DNA from: Octopus vulgaris
Taxonomy: Eukaryota
Assembly (NCBI GenBank): GCA_951406725.2
Contig: OX597822.1
Coordinates: 38,068,001 to 38,132,000, forward strand
Reading direction: 5' to 3'
DNA length: 64,000 nucleotides
Position 1 is the first letter of the stretch; every line of letters begins with the position of its first letter. Both the position numbers and the translations under genes were made by a program. Shown here in pieces: positions 1 to 13,245 of the stretch. The notes under the pieces are model-generated. The model ran no database searches. It saw only the letters and a list, made by a program, of their open reading frames with translations, and had not been told where the DNA came from.

Positions 1-56
1 CATTGTGACCAGCGACGTGTAACAACATTCGATTGTCAGGTTGATCACATAATCAT

Positions 57-93
<37 letters not shown>

Positions 94-206
94 TGAGATA
101 AAGACCTATACATGTGTGTGCGTATATGTTTACATATACATATATATATGTGTATGTTTACATACATACGTATATATATATATATATATATACGTATGTA
201 TGTAAA

Positions 207-1532
207 CATCTGTCCCTTTCTCTTGTCTTTTGTTCTCACGTGACCGCTGACCGCTGTTGAGCGCTCTTTTCGTTCCAGCAGCCGTTGAAGCAACACGTAC
301 TTGTTCGTCTCCCTGTGGCCATTAGGCACAACTTCATAAGCCAGCCCCATGCTCAATTCGTCCTGTCGAAAGACCCTTGTCCTACGTCCTGGTTTTGTTT
401 TGTTGTTTATTTTTTATACTTTATTTTTACCGTTATTGTTTTTACGTTTTTGTATTCTTATTGTTGTCACGTATTCTGTATTTTTGTTCGTGTACTTCGT
501 TCGTTTTCCGTCCTCGTGTTGTATACATTCGAAGCTTTCTTCCAGGGGATCTAATGCACTTGGCTTAGATTTCCCGTGGCGGGCTGCCCATATCGGAGCA
601 ATCTCAAGATTAATCAGCCGAAATTGCTAAGATGATCTGGTTCTTGACTGATGACTGAGGGCTTCGAATGTCCCGTCCTGTGGTTCTTGTGTCGTCTCTG
701 TGGCGTTTCATGTTCTTGTCCATGTCTGTAATTATTTTTACTGTTTACCTATATAATCGGCGGCTACGTATCCACAATTGTCCTTATACGATAAGTATAT
801 TTTTTCTCAAGCATTGATACGACTCTTAATCTTTCTTTCTCTCTCTCTCTCCCCCTTATTCCCCCTCCTTTCTTTCCCTCTCCATCCGTTTCCCCCCCCT
901 TCTACGTTTCTCTATCTCTCTCACCTCCAGCCCCCTCGATCTGTCTCTTTCTTCTCCTCCCTCGTCCACCTTCTCTCTCTTTTCATCTGTCCCTTTCTCT
1001 TGTCTTTTGTTCTCACGTGACCGCTGACCGCTGTTGAGCGCTCTTTTCGTTCCAGCAGCCGTTGAAGCAACACGTACTTGTTCGTCTCCCTGTGGCCATT
1101 AGGCACAACTTCATAAGCCAGCCCCATGCTCAATTCGTCCTGTCGAAAGACCCTTGTCCTACGTCCTGGTTTTGTTTTGTTGTTTATTTTTTATACTTTA
1201 TTTTTACCGTTATTGTTTTTACGTTTTTGTATTCTTATTGTTGTCACATATTCTGTATTTTTGTTCGTGTACTTCGTTCGTTTTCCGTCCTCGTGTTGTA
1301 TACATTCGAAGCTTTCTTCCAGGGGATCTAATGCACTTGGCTTAGATTTCCCGTGGCGGGCTGCCCATATCGGAGCAATCTCAAGATTAATCAGCCGAAA
1401 TTGCTAAGATGATCTGGTTCTTGACTGATGACTGAGGGCTTCGAATGTCCCGTCCTGTGGTTCTTGTGTCGTCTCTGTGGCGTTTCATGTTCTTGTCCAT
1501 GTCTGTAATTATTTTTACTGTTTACCTATATA
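207..1532 (+). mobile_element. Tandemly duplicated non-coding PLE pseudo-LTR / retrozyme-like unit (549-bp direct repeats, 777-bp period)
   Basis: 207-755 and 984-1532 are identical except one substitution (471 G vs 1248 A); flanked by (TA)n; CTGATGA hammerhead-like core at 648-654 and 1425-1431; homologous segments at 25619-26650 and 37893-38052. Confidence 0.75.
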
Positions 1533-1809
1533 TATATATATATATATATATTATGCATACATGTATACGTATGCGTGTGCGTGTGTGTAGGGAGCGTAAG
1601 CTTATGATTACCTCATTCTGCAACTTGATCTCCATGTACTCGCACGCACACACAAAAATGCACACCCACACATACATGCTTGCACGCACACATACAGACA
1701 CGGGCGCACATGCCAATACATGCTTACAGCAATTAAATGCATGCACTTGCTAATACAATAATTGTCATTCGTTTCTGCTGACACTTATACACGTTTTTGT
1801 GTATATATA

Positions 1810-1869
<60 letters not shown>

Positions 1870-2002
1870 CATTCAATTCTGCTTAATTGGTGACCGGATG
1901 ATTGCATAATTCGATTAATGACGTAACTTTTTCAATAAAGGGATTCTTGAAGCTTCCGTTTTCGCGATCGGTTATATTGACAATGTACATTTATATAATA
2001 TA

Positions 2003-2061
<59 letters not shown>

Positions 2062-2379
2062 TTTTTGTTTTTTTATCTCGCCTCACACACACATACACAC
2101 ACGCACACGCACACACTCACACATATATACACACGCACACACACATACCTCCCTGTTTCTGATCTGCCTTTCTGACTTGCTAGGGTACCCCCACACACTC
2201 CTTTAATTCTACTACTGCCTGCTACTAGCCACTGTCCACCATACACACACATACACACACACGCACACACTCACACACACACCCTCGTTTTCTCGCACAC
2301 CTTTTTTACCATTCCCTCTTTGATTCAGCTCTCCTGTTTTTAAAAAACATTTTCTTCCTTTTTTACCACTTCCGTCTTT

Positions 2380-2583
2380 TCAGTATGTGACCTCGTGAAG
2401 ACTACCTGCAATTTTTTTTCCTCTGTCCTCCCGTCTCGGGATCTTTCTTTCTCCTATGTTTCCGACAAAGAGCTCCGCTCGAAACGTCATACCCTCCTTC
2501 TTCCATTTTCCTGAGCGCCTAATAATAATAATACTGTAATTGTTCCACGTGTTGTTGTTTTTTCTGTTTTCCCGTTTGGATTA

Positions 2584-2588
<5 letters not shown>
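2380..2588 (+). mobile_element. PLE-type terminal repeat fragment with degenerate hammerhead
   Basis: Homologous to 20330-20510, 55478-55670, 58780-58981 and 63740-63900; gttt-CCGACAA-a-gagc-tcc-gctc-GAAA-cg-tc at 2458-2492. Confidence 0.65.
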
Positions 2589-2635
<47 letters not shown>

Positions 2636-2654
2636 CAAATATATATGTATATAT

Positions 2655-2774
<120 letters not shown>

Positions 2775-2892
2775 GTATATATAAACACACATATAAATAT
2801 ATATATGTGTGTGTGTGTGTGTGTGTCTATATATATATATATACTGGGAGAGATACCCGGCCTTGTTCGGGATTAAAATGGCATAGTTTTTT

Positions 2893-3090
2893 TGTTTTAC
2901 TTGTTTCAGTCATTTGACTGTGGCCATGCTGGAGCACCGCCTTTGGCCGAAAGAATCGACCACAGGATTTATTCTTTGTAAGCCTAGTACTTATTCTGTC
3001 AGTTTCTTTTGCTAAACCGCTAAATTATGGGGATGTAAACACAGCAGCATCGGTTGACAAGCATTGTTGAGGGTACGAACACAGACACAC
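2893..3090 (-). mobile_element. SINE family A, 3' half
   Basis: Reverse complement of the family tail ggcggtgctccagcatggcc(a/g)cagtcaaatgactgaaacaagtaaaa. Confidence 0.85.
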
Positions 3091-3156
3091 ATACACACAC
3101 ACAAATATACACATATATACGACACACTCATATATATGTGTATATATACACATACA

Positions 3157-3502
3157 AGGACTCCAAATTTGCCATCAAGATGTAGGACAAGATATTGTGA
3201 TAGCCTGGGCTTCAGAGGCCCACAGCTCTTCAATATCCTCCCGAAGAACCTGAGGGACCTGCATGGTGTAGATGCGGATGTCTTTAAAGTAGGACTGGAT
3301 CTCTTCCTGTCAGGTGTCCCGGATGAACCAACTTCACGGCAGGAGGTGCAGATGAGGGCAGCTGCATCGAACTCTCTCGTGCATCAGATGGCGTTTGCTA
3401 AAAAGCATCTGTGGGGTAAAATCGTGTAGCAAACCAAATGGCGGTGCCCCAGCATGGCCACAGCTCATTAGCTGAAACTGGAAAAATCAAAATCAAAATC
3501 AA
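3157..3502 (+). mobile_element. CR1-clade LINE 3' end (ORF2 C-terminus plus tail)
   Basis: TPNLPSRCRTRYCDSLGFRGPQLFNILPKNLR...GVPDEPTSRQEVQMR, homologous to 38136-38933; tail ends in (AAAATC)n. Confidence 0.85.
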
Positions 3503-3713
3503 TACATATATATATAAATACACATATATATATACATATACGTATATATATACGCATATATACATACACATACATATACAAACATAAATATACATGCATA
3601 TATATACATACATATGTATACATACATATACACACATACATATACATACATACATACATATATATGTACATATATAAATATATACACATATATACACACA
3701 CATATATACATAC

Positions 3714-3778
<65 letters not shown>

Positions 3779-3843
3779 CATACATACATATATAAACATG
3801 TATATGAATATATATTGAAAGTAATTGAAATTGAAACCATATA

Positions 3844-4078
3844 ATGGTGAAAATATTAATAGAGATGTTATTGTTTCACTTTTGACACGTAATACGGAAA
3901 CAATGTAAGAGATAAGAGATTGCTCCGGGCTCTCTTTAGGCAAGAAGTTGAAATTTTATTTGTCCCACGACACTGCATGAATCGTAAGTAGGGCATGTGC
4001 AAAATTTGATTGAAATCGGTTGGTTTGTTCTCGAGTTTTAGAGATGCACACATACAGACAGTCAGACACACATGCTCA

Positions 4079-4116
<38 letters not shown>
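3844..4116 (-). mobile_element. Non-autonomous Helitron-like 5' end fragment
   Basis: aaatttgattgaaatcggt...acagacagtcagacacac...cagttttatatata..tag resembles the terminus of the Helitron at 60479-60985. Confidence 0.5.
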
Positions 4117-4118
<2 letters not shown>

Positions 4119-4140
4119 ATGTGTGTCTGTGTGTGTGTAT

Positions 4141-4354
4141 ATTCTTTTATATTCTTTTATTCTTTTACTTGTTTTAGTAATTTGACTGCGGCCATGCTGG
4201 AGCACCGCCTTTTGTCAAGCAAGTCGATCCTAGGACTTATTCTTTGTAAGCCTATTACTTATTCTGTTGGTGTCTGTTGCCGAACCGCTAGTTTACGGGG
4301 ATGTAAACACACGAACATAGGTTGCGATGAAGAGTGGAAAACACAGACACAGAG

Positions 4355-4424
<70 letters not shown>

Positions 4425-4586
4425 GTGTGTTTGTCTCCATCATTTGGTTTGTTTAGGTCCCATTAAATTAACGGTTCGGTAAAAGACACTCATAGAATAG
4501 GTACCTGACTAAGTTCTAGGTCGATTTGCAAGGCGTTGTACCAGCATGGCCGCAGTCCAATGACTGAGATAAGTAAAAGATAAAAA
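4141..4586. mobile_element. Two partial SINE A copies in opposite orientation (4141-4345 -, 4425-4586 +)
   Basis: Family tail present at both outer ends, (TA)n between. Confidence 0.75.
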
Positions 4587-4912
4587 GCTAACTTCATAAC
4601 ACATATTGTGTTTAATTGTACAATATTCGAGAAATAATTTGAGAAATAATTCGAGAAATAATTCGTCATTGTTGATAAAAAAATTTATGTAAAACAAAAA
4701 AGGATACTTTTGAATAAATCATAAATGGACATCATTTTCAAATGTTTCTCTGATGGATACACTTAATTTTTTTCAATGTGTTTTACACTAATTACTATCA
4801 TTGAATAAGTGGAGATGTGTGAGTCTGATTAAGACTGCTTAATTGAAGAATCTCATCGAATTGAAGAACGAACTCCGTCGAAAAGAAATGAAACGATCGT
4901 CAAGATGATATA

Positions 4913-5145
4913 CAGGTTTGGCCAAAAGTCACCTGACAGTAAATTAAAATCATTTAATTCCAAGATTTATTTATGTTTAACAACTGAATGAATTTAATAA
5001 AAGCATCTAAATATGAAGCATCATGAATATTGTTCAAGCTGAAGTCCTTCTTGAGCCGCACATTTTTTCAAATGAATAAATAAAATTGAATATTAAGTAT
5101 TTATGGAATTTTGATTTGTTGTCGGGTGAATTTCGGCCAACACTG
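4913..5145. mobile_element. Tc1/mariner-type MITE
   Basis: Imperfect ~26-bp TIRs caggtttggccaaaagtcacctgaca / tgtcgggtgaatttcggccaacactg with TA on both sides. Confidence 0.8.
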
Positions 5146-5316
5146 TATAAGTTACATACGTAGCTTCGGAATAAGTGTTAGTTTCACAGGTTGGAAAAAC
5201 ACAACTCAATATATAAAACAGAGTATTTATACCTTTTATTATTTCATTATTAACCTAAGTGCATTGACACTAGACCTAATTATTGCGTCTCCTTGGTTAT
5301 TCGGCTATTCATACCA

Positions 5317-5425
<109 letters not shown>

Positions 5426-5514
5426 CAGACGTAAGCAAATCGGCATCAGATGTGAAGCGATGTTGGGGGTACAAACACAGACACACAAACACACACATAT
5501 ATACATACATACAT

Positions 5515-5583
<69 letters not shown>

Positions 5584-5684
5584 GCTTCTTTCAGTTTCCG
5601 TCTACCAAAACCACTCACTTTGGTCGGCCCGAGGCTATAGTAGAAGACAATTGCCAAAAGTGCCACGCAGTGGGACTGAACCAT
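5426..5684 (-). mobile_element. SINE family A, internal part
   Basis: gggcttctttcagtttccgtctaccaaa...ggtcggcccgaggctatagtagaagaca match; internal microsatellite. Confidence 0.8.
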
Positions 5685-5728
5685 ATACATATATACATAA
5701 ATACCTATAAATAGATACACACACACAT

Positions 5729-5783
<55 letters not shown>

Positions 5784-5857
5784 CATACATACACACATAC
5801 ACACATACATTCATACATATATACATACATACATACATACATACATACATACATACA

Positions 5858-5926
<69 letters not shown>

Positions 5927-5930
<4 letters not shown>

Positions 5931-7627
5931 CTTGAGCACCTTGACCGACCAGTCCTTCGGGCGTTCATTTGACATTGCTGCTCACAGCACGCTGTCCACT
6001 CCTCTCTGGATTGTGCCTTTCTCATCCACATGATCCCCATCATCCTAACTCCGCCGTCGTGGAGGCCTTCCGGGTGGTCGTTTCCGCTCACGCGGGTACC
6101 ACTTGACAACTGCGCGGCTTCACCGATTATCGGTGAGCCGGGCGACGTGTCCAGCCCATCTAAACTTGCTGCTTGTATATTCTACGATGACATCCCTCAC
6201 ACCGGACTTCTGTCTGATGACCTCAAGGAGATTCCAAACATTGACCTCTCCTTTGCTCTTTGAGCCGTTACCAATCTCTGCTCTTCCCTCTTTGTTGTAG
6301 CCCATGTTTTACTAACATATAACATTGCAGGTAGAACTGTGCTATTGATGAGGTTGGCACGTGTGGTCCTGTCCAACCCTCCCTTGACACATCCCTTATG
6401 CCATTAAACGCCTTCCATCCAGCCCTTACTCTCCGCGAGATCTCCTTTTCGATATCTCGGCACATATTCCCTTCCTGTCCCAGGTAGACATATTCCTTTA
6501 CCTCCTCTATTTCATCACTGCCGACCACCATTCGACCTGTTGGTACGTTGTCAGACCGCATGAACTTCGTTTTCTTGCGAGACCTACTGCAGAGCTTTTG
6601 ATGTCGAGCTCTGTCAGCATAGTCTGAAGCTGATCCGTGGTTTCAGCGATGATTACGATGTCATCAGCGAAACGGAGGTGAGTGAGTAGCTCGCCATTGA
6701 TGTTGACACCGCCTTGCCAGTCGATGCCTCTGATGATCTGTTCGAGACATGCGGTGAAAAGTTTTGGAGAGATCGCATCTCCTTGCTTCACTCCCTTCTC
6801 GCCCGGCACTCGAACGGGTGATGACAGCAGAGCAATGTCGGTGGTGCATCCGGAATTTGCCTCCTTGAGCAGTTGCACATATTGTGACTCGACTCCTTAC
6901 CTCTGCAGCGAGATCAGCACTGCGTTGGTTTCGACGCTGTCGAAGGCCTTCTCAATCTACAAATGCGACGCAAAGAGGCAGCTTGTACTCATTCGTTCGC
7001 TCAAGCAGTTGTGTTAGATTAAATATATGGTCCATCGTGCTGTAGTTCTTCCGGAAGCCGGCTTGCTCCCTCGGTTGTTGTTCTTCGAGATGACGTGACA
7101 ACCTGTTCAGAATTATCTTTGTGAACAGCTTGTACACGTGAGACAGCAGGCATATGGGTTGGTAGTTCTTTAGATCTTCTCAATCGCCCTTCTTATATAG
7201 CAGGATGGTATTTGACTCTTTCTACTGTGGGGGAATTCTTCCCCCGTCTAGCTAGTACGTGAATCGCTCGGCGAGGATTTTCCAGAACTGCTCTCAACCT
7301 GACTTTAACACCTCCGATGTTATACCGTCTTTCCCTGGTACCTTTCCGTTTTTCATCAAGCCGATGGCTCTTTCGACCTCACTGACTAGGATAGATGGCA
7401 CATTTTCTCCCTGTTGGTGTGGTAGTAACGGCTGGACATTTCTGGTAGACTTGAAGAGCTTGGTGTAGAAGTCTTCGCAAACTTTTTCCATCTCGCTTTT
7501 ATCATTGACCGGTACTCCATCTGTATTCTTCAGGGCCGTCACCTTCGATCTATATAGTGCCACGTCCCACTTGCATTTCTTGAGGCTCTTCTTTTCCTGT
7601 GCGGCCTTCAGGAGCTTCTCCATCCGG
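5927..7627 (-). pseudogene. RTE-clade LINE reverse transcriptase, 5'-truncated and frameshifted
   Basis: Collinear fragments KVPGKDGITSEVLK, YKLFTKII..EQAGFRKNYSTMDHIF, GVKQGDAISPKLF, LRFADDIV, EYVYLG, KFRWAGHVARLTDNR; flanked by (TA)n. Confidence 0.93.
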
Positions 7628-7707
7628 TATATATATATATATATCCAATCAAATGATTTCAGTTCTCTCTTCGTTTGTCGACAAAAAGTAACGCATGAAT
7701 ATACTCA

Positions 7708-7755
<48 letters not shown>

Positions 7756-7851
7756 GTATGTATATATATGCTATAGTATACACATTTTTACATTTATACA
7801 CATACATTCACACACCTCCCACGTATATATTTATACATATATATATTCACA

Positions 7852-7885
<34 letters not shown>

Positions 7886-8133
7886 CAAATATATATTCAT
7901 AAATACGTATGTATAGATCTTTCTACCCAACAATGAACATACACACATACATTCATAAACGCTTTCATCTTCATTAATACATGTCTGTATTAATATAATA
8001 TAAATTTTCTGTTGAAAAATACTTTCGCTTCTGCTATGACATGCAAAACCGACAGAGAATTGTAGTGAAGGGTGACGGTGACGAAGACGTCGACGCCGAC
8101 AACTACGATGATGATGATGATGATGATGATGAC

Positions 8134-8164
<31 letters not shown>

Positions 8165-8320
8165 GTTGGTGGTGATGATGATGCTGATGATGGTGTTTTC
8201 TTCCCGAAAGTCTTGAAAAAGCCATAGAAATGTATTTACTAAGCTCGTGTATCTCAACATATATGTATGTTTATACATATACACACACACACCTATATAC
8301 ATATGTATGTGTTTGTGTGC

Positions 8321-8357
<37 letters not shown>

Positions 8358-8714
8358 CACACAGACGTAAACATGTGCACACATGTGTATGTATACATAT
8401 TTGTATCCGTGTATGTCGGTATGTATGTTTGTACGTATGTATGAAAGTATGATTGATTGCACGTGTGTTTATATATATAAATGTGTAAGTATATATGTAT
8501 GCATATATATATACACGCACGCACACATGTATGTATGTATGTTTACACATTTCTGTATTAATGTATGTATATGCTTATGTGTATGTATCTACATTTTTCC
8601 TCTATGTACATTTGTATGTAAGCATATATATATATAGATATGTATGTGTATATATATGTGGAGGGGGTGTATGCATGTATGTATGCATGCATGCATACAT
8701 GCATTTATCTATTT

Positions 8715-9470
8715 ATGCATTCTTCCCTTAATAAGCTGCTTGCTAACAAAGAAACAAAGCTTCATAGCTGGAATTTAGATAACAACAACTGCATAGAGTT
8801 ATGTGCTGCATTTAAGAAAAATCTTGTATATTTTTACTGTTCCACTTACAAACCGATCTTTCAGATTACATATAAAACATTCGCCTTCTTTGCCTAAAAA
8901 GCCTACCTTTTCCAAAGTATCATTTAGACATTTAGTAACATACCCAGGTGTTCAAATCGGTGTGGGTACAAATGTAAGCTGCTTTTTCTGTTGTTGTAGC
9001 TGTTATTCAGATTGCTGTTTAGCCCTGAGTTGTTCTTCAGGATGTCGTTTAGCCCATATTGAGCAGGCTTGTTAACGAAGGCAATAGAGCAATGACCGAT
9101 CGATTTTCTTTTTTTACCGGTATAGTATGACTGGGCGTATTTTCTTCAATTTGTTTTTTTCTTCACGTAGTAAGATTTATGGAAATAAGAAGATTGGGTT
9201 TATCTCTTTGCTACATTTCTATCCATACTGATTAAGACACCTGGGTATGTTACTAAATGTTTAAATACTATTCTGGAAAAGGTAGGCTTTTCAGGTAAAG
9301 GAAGAGACTGTCTAGCGTGTATTCTGAAAATTCAGTTTGTAAGTGGAAAAGTAAATTATACAAGACTTTTTTTAAATGCAACATGTAGCGCTATGCAGTT
9401 GCTCTTATCTAGATTCAAGCTACGGAACTTTGTTTCTTTGCTAGCAACCAGTTCTTACTGGGAAAATGTA
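8715..9470. repeat. Diverged ~230-bp inverted repeat (8715-8951 / 9237-9470)
   Basis: e.g. aaaagcctaccttttcca...acatttagtaacatacccaggtgt vs acacctgggtatgttactaaatgt...tggaaaaggtaggctttt. Confidence 0.85.
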
Positions 9471-9626
9471 TAAATACATATTGACTGTTTTGTACGGTGG
9501 ACTGGATGTTCAGCCTGTGTAGGTGACAGTACTTTTTGGCGCTGGGCGTAAACACACAAACACACACATACAGACACACGCGCGCGCGCGCGCGTAATGC
9601 AGAATGCAGAATTATATACATTGCTA

Positions 9627-10052
9627 GCGCTGGAGTGGTTGTGTGGTAAGAAACTTACTTCCCAACCACATGGTTCCAGGTTCAGTCGCATCTTGGGCAA
9701 GTGTTTTCTACTATAGCCTCGAGCCGACCAAAGCTTTGTGAGTGGATTTGGTAGACGGAAACTGAAAGAAGCCCGTCGAATATGTATATATATGTGTGTG
9801 TATGTGTGTGTGTGTGTATGTGTGTGTGTGTGCTTGTATGTCTGTATTTGTCCCCACACTATCTCTTGACAACCGATGTTAATGTGTTTACGTGTTTACG
9901 TCCCCTTAACCTAGTTGTTCAGCAAAAGAGACCGATAGAATACGTACTAGGCTTACAAAGAATAAATCCTGGGGTCGATTTGTTCGACTAAAGGCGGTGC
10001 TACAGCATGGCCTCAGTCAAAATGACTGAAACAAGTAAAAGAATAAAAGAAT
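9627..10052 (+). mobile_element. SINE family A, near full length
   Basis: tRNA-like head (gtggttgtgtggtaag...ggttcagtc), internal TA/TG microsatellite, conserved body and tail ending in (taaaagaa)n. Confidence 0.9.
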
Positions 10053-10214
10053 ACAAAGAGAGTGAGAGGGAGACATAACTTATACATACACACAACACCA
10101 AGTGTGTACGCACATTAACAGAGAGAGTGGGGGAGGAGAGACGCAGAGAGAGGGAGTGGGAGGCGGGGAGACAAGCTTTAAAACATGTAATGTCAAATCA
10201 GCATCGAATAAGCA

Positions 10215-10258
<44 letters not shown>

Positions 10259-10719
10259 GTGTGTGTGTGTGTGTGTGCGTGTTCCAAATTTACATGTGAT
10301 TATGCGCATATGTCCAATCCAAGAATATCAAAGAACCAGCGGAACGTTTAACAAATTTCCACTGTACCTCTAATCGATTGTATTTGAAGACTGCGAATTC
10401 ATTTTACTTTGTTCTTTCTTGAAGAACCCCCAAGAAAGAACAGTCTTTTGTACAAATTTATTGTTACGTTGCCAGAGCATATGTGATAAAAGATAGAAAC
10501 GATAATCCATAGCCTGTGTGTTTGGGTATAAAAGCTGTGTGTTCCTCATTAGATCTCCATATACATTCTCATAGAGGTATGCATGCAGCTTTGTCTTTAA
10601 GATTCATACAAGTTCTTCACAGACTTCAAACTATTCGCTAACTAAGGGACAAGGCTTTTTCGTCAAAGTTAAGACAGTTTTAATTATTGTGAACATAGGA
10701 GTTAATGTATAGGGTCAAA

Positions 10720-11062
10720 ACAAAAAAGGGTAAAGACCCCTTTCGATAATGAATAACCATAGAATTGCACCTAGAAATTTCCCTTCCGAGGCACAAGTCC
10801 GGGTAAGGTTGTTTTATGGAAGACCAGCGGTCACCCATGCATACTAGCCTCCGCTGTCCATGCCACCGATGGTATCCAAAAGAAAGGCAAAGGCCGATAC
10901 AGCTTGGCCCCAGGGACAGCACAACTCATTTCTACAGCTGAGTGAACTGGTGCAGCGTGAAAATGAAGTGTCTTGCTCAAGAACACAACACACTGCCCGG
11001 TCCGGGAATCGAACTCACTACTTCATGATTGTGATGATCTAACCACTGAGCCATGCGCCTTC
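10720..11062 (-). mobile_element. tRNA-derived SINE family C
   Basis: Reverse complement head aaggcgcatggctcagtggttag...gagttcgattcccggaccggg with A and B boxes. Confidence 0.8.
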
Positions 11063-11207
11063 ACTTTAATGTATACATATTTATATGTACGTGTAGATAT
11101 TTGTACTGATATAATAGATGTACACATCTCATTAGTGCACGAATGTGTGTGTGTATGTGTGTGTTTCTTATTCTATGTATATATTTGTGTATATATATAC
11201 CATATAT

Positions 11208-11500
11208 GAAAGCGCGTGGTGCAGGGGTTAGGGTATTGCATTCACGATTGCTAGATCATGTGTTCGATTCCCGGACCGGGCAGCGTGTTGTGTTCTTAAG
11301 CAAGACATTCCATTTCACGTTACGGCAGTCCACTCAGCTGTAAATGTGTAACCCTCAGACGGCCTAGCCTTCTGATCAAAGGAGAACGTTGGCCTGCTTG
11401 GCTAACCAGTGGAATGGCATTATTCGAAAGCTACAAAAAAAAGAAAAGAAATGTGAAGCGCACTGTGAGCAGCGATGTCTATTCGAAAGTCTAGTCGATA
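11208..11500 (+). mobile_element. tRNA-derived SINE family C
   Basis: gcgcgtggtgcaggggttagggtattgcattcacg...gttcgattcccggaccgggc; further copies near 11860-12015 (-), 25040-25185 (-), 56095-56300 (-). Confidence 0.8.
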
Positions 11501-12481
11501 ACACGATTCAGTAATATGCCATAGGTATACATCTGCTAGTGCATGTTCATTCCAGGAAACTCAAATGGAGGAACTTAAGGATGTTTAACAAATCTTCGGT
11601 ACGGTAGTGGATTTGGAGAATGCCTGTAGGTTTCCTTCGTTCTTCTATTAAAAACTCCAGCATTTTCCGTTCTTTTTTTTCTTTTTTTTTAAAGTAAATC
11701 CCTCGCCATATGACACATTAAACCTTAGCCTGTCTTGATCCCAAGGACTTTAAAAGCCGTAGCTTAATCCTGTTTATACGGTGTATAAATGGCTGATACT
11801 AAGGATACTCGCCACTGAATGGGTTGCCTATCCGTCGCAGGGTAAACGGGTTAACTTCTCCGCTACTGTTGGAACTCATTTACAGGTGAGTGGACTGGAG
11901 TCACGAGAAACGAAGTGTTTTGTTCAAGAACACAATATAGAACCTGGTCCGAAAATCGAAACCTCTGTCTTATGATCGCTAGTGCAATAACCCTAACCTC
12001 TAGGTCACGCGCTTTCATGAATACTTCGTTATATCTATGGTAATAGACATAAGAGAAAATTTGCAGCTAATATAGAAAACCTGTAAGTTTACAGTATAGA
12101 TAGTTCTTTTGTTTTTCTTTCTTTTTTCTTTCCATATCTTTAGACGAGACATTTCACGTCTACTGGATAGCTGACTTGCACAACCGTGCAAGACTTTTGC
12201 TTTCAATCCAATAAAAGATTATCAAATGTGTTGTGTTTGCATTGAACTGCTGTTATTACTGTTTTCCCCAATCCCTGTCATTTTGTATTTAATATCACTA
12301 TTTTCTTTGTACCACTCAACGAGTGTTGTTATTATCACTGTTATTACTGGGATATTCCACCCGTGTGCTGTAAATTCGTTGATAGACAATATCTTTTTAT
12401 AAATAAATTGTTTTTATTTGTAAGTTTAGACTTACAAATAAAAACATTTTCGTAATTCTTTGTTTGTTTTTAAAAAATGTT

Positions 12482-12548
12482 GACATATTGTCCTTTCGGC
12501 AAATTGTCCAATCGGTCAATTGTCCTGTCGACGAATTATCCGTCTACC
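12482..12548. repeat. Four ~16-bp tandem units (aattgtcc..tcgg), probable DNA-transposon subterminal repeats
   Basis: attgtcctttcggca-aattgtccaatcggtc-aattgtcctgtcgacg-aattatccgtctacc. Confidence 0.5.
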
Positions 12549-12895
12549 ATTCCACCAATATTTCTTAGTTTTAAATATATGGATACATTCTGTTATGCTG
12601 TGTCTTCTGATAAACCGTCAGCATAATCAGTCAGGTGATATATTCCACGCTGGTATGGTACAATCAACTTTGCTAAATACCAAGATAGGAATACCTCTAA
12701 ATACTCATGTACATCGTAGGTGTTTCTTATCTCTTCTTGATCAGATATTTAGTAGCTGTCTCTTGTATTTTTTTGTAGCCAAGGTGAATTCTTGTAGGAG
12801 ATATGTGATGTAGCAGTCAGAAGTCTAAGAGAGGCTACATTTCCTGTCTTAAAGAATGCATAACTTTGTATACACACACACACACACAGACAGAC

Positions 12896-12961
<66 letters not shown>

Positions 12962-13027
12962 ACATACATGCATACATATATACATACATACATATATGTT
13001 TACATATATGCATACGTACATGCATGT

Positions 13028-13245
13028 GTCTGTGTCTTTGTATTTGTTCCCACCACCCCCACTTGACAAATGATGTTGGTTTGTTTACGTCCACATGAAT
13101 TAGCGGGTATTCCAAAAGAGACAAATAGAATACGTATCAGATTTTAAAATAAGTACTGGAGTTGATTTATCCGACTAATAACCCTCCAAGGTGATACCCC
13201 CAATATGGCCGCAATCCAATGACTGAAACAAGCAAAAGATAAAAG
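13028..13245 (+). mobile_element. SINE family A, 3' half
   Basis: Body and tail match; another 3' half at 13920-14092. Confidence 0.8.

Noticed and set aside
10005-10040. SINE tail cagtca..tgactgaaacaagta as a hammerhead
   Set aside because: Has a hairpin followed by GAAA but no CUGANGA-type core or stem III
10462-10680. Possible LTR (TGTTACG start, TATA-like motif)
   Set aside because: No matching CA end, TSD or second copy
11208-11285. tRNA gene
   Set aside because: SINE head continuing into the SINE body; no proper acceptor stem
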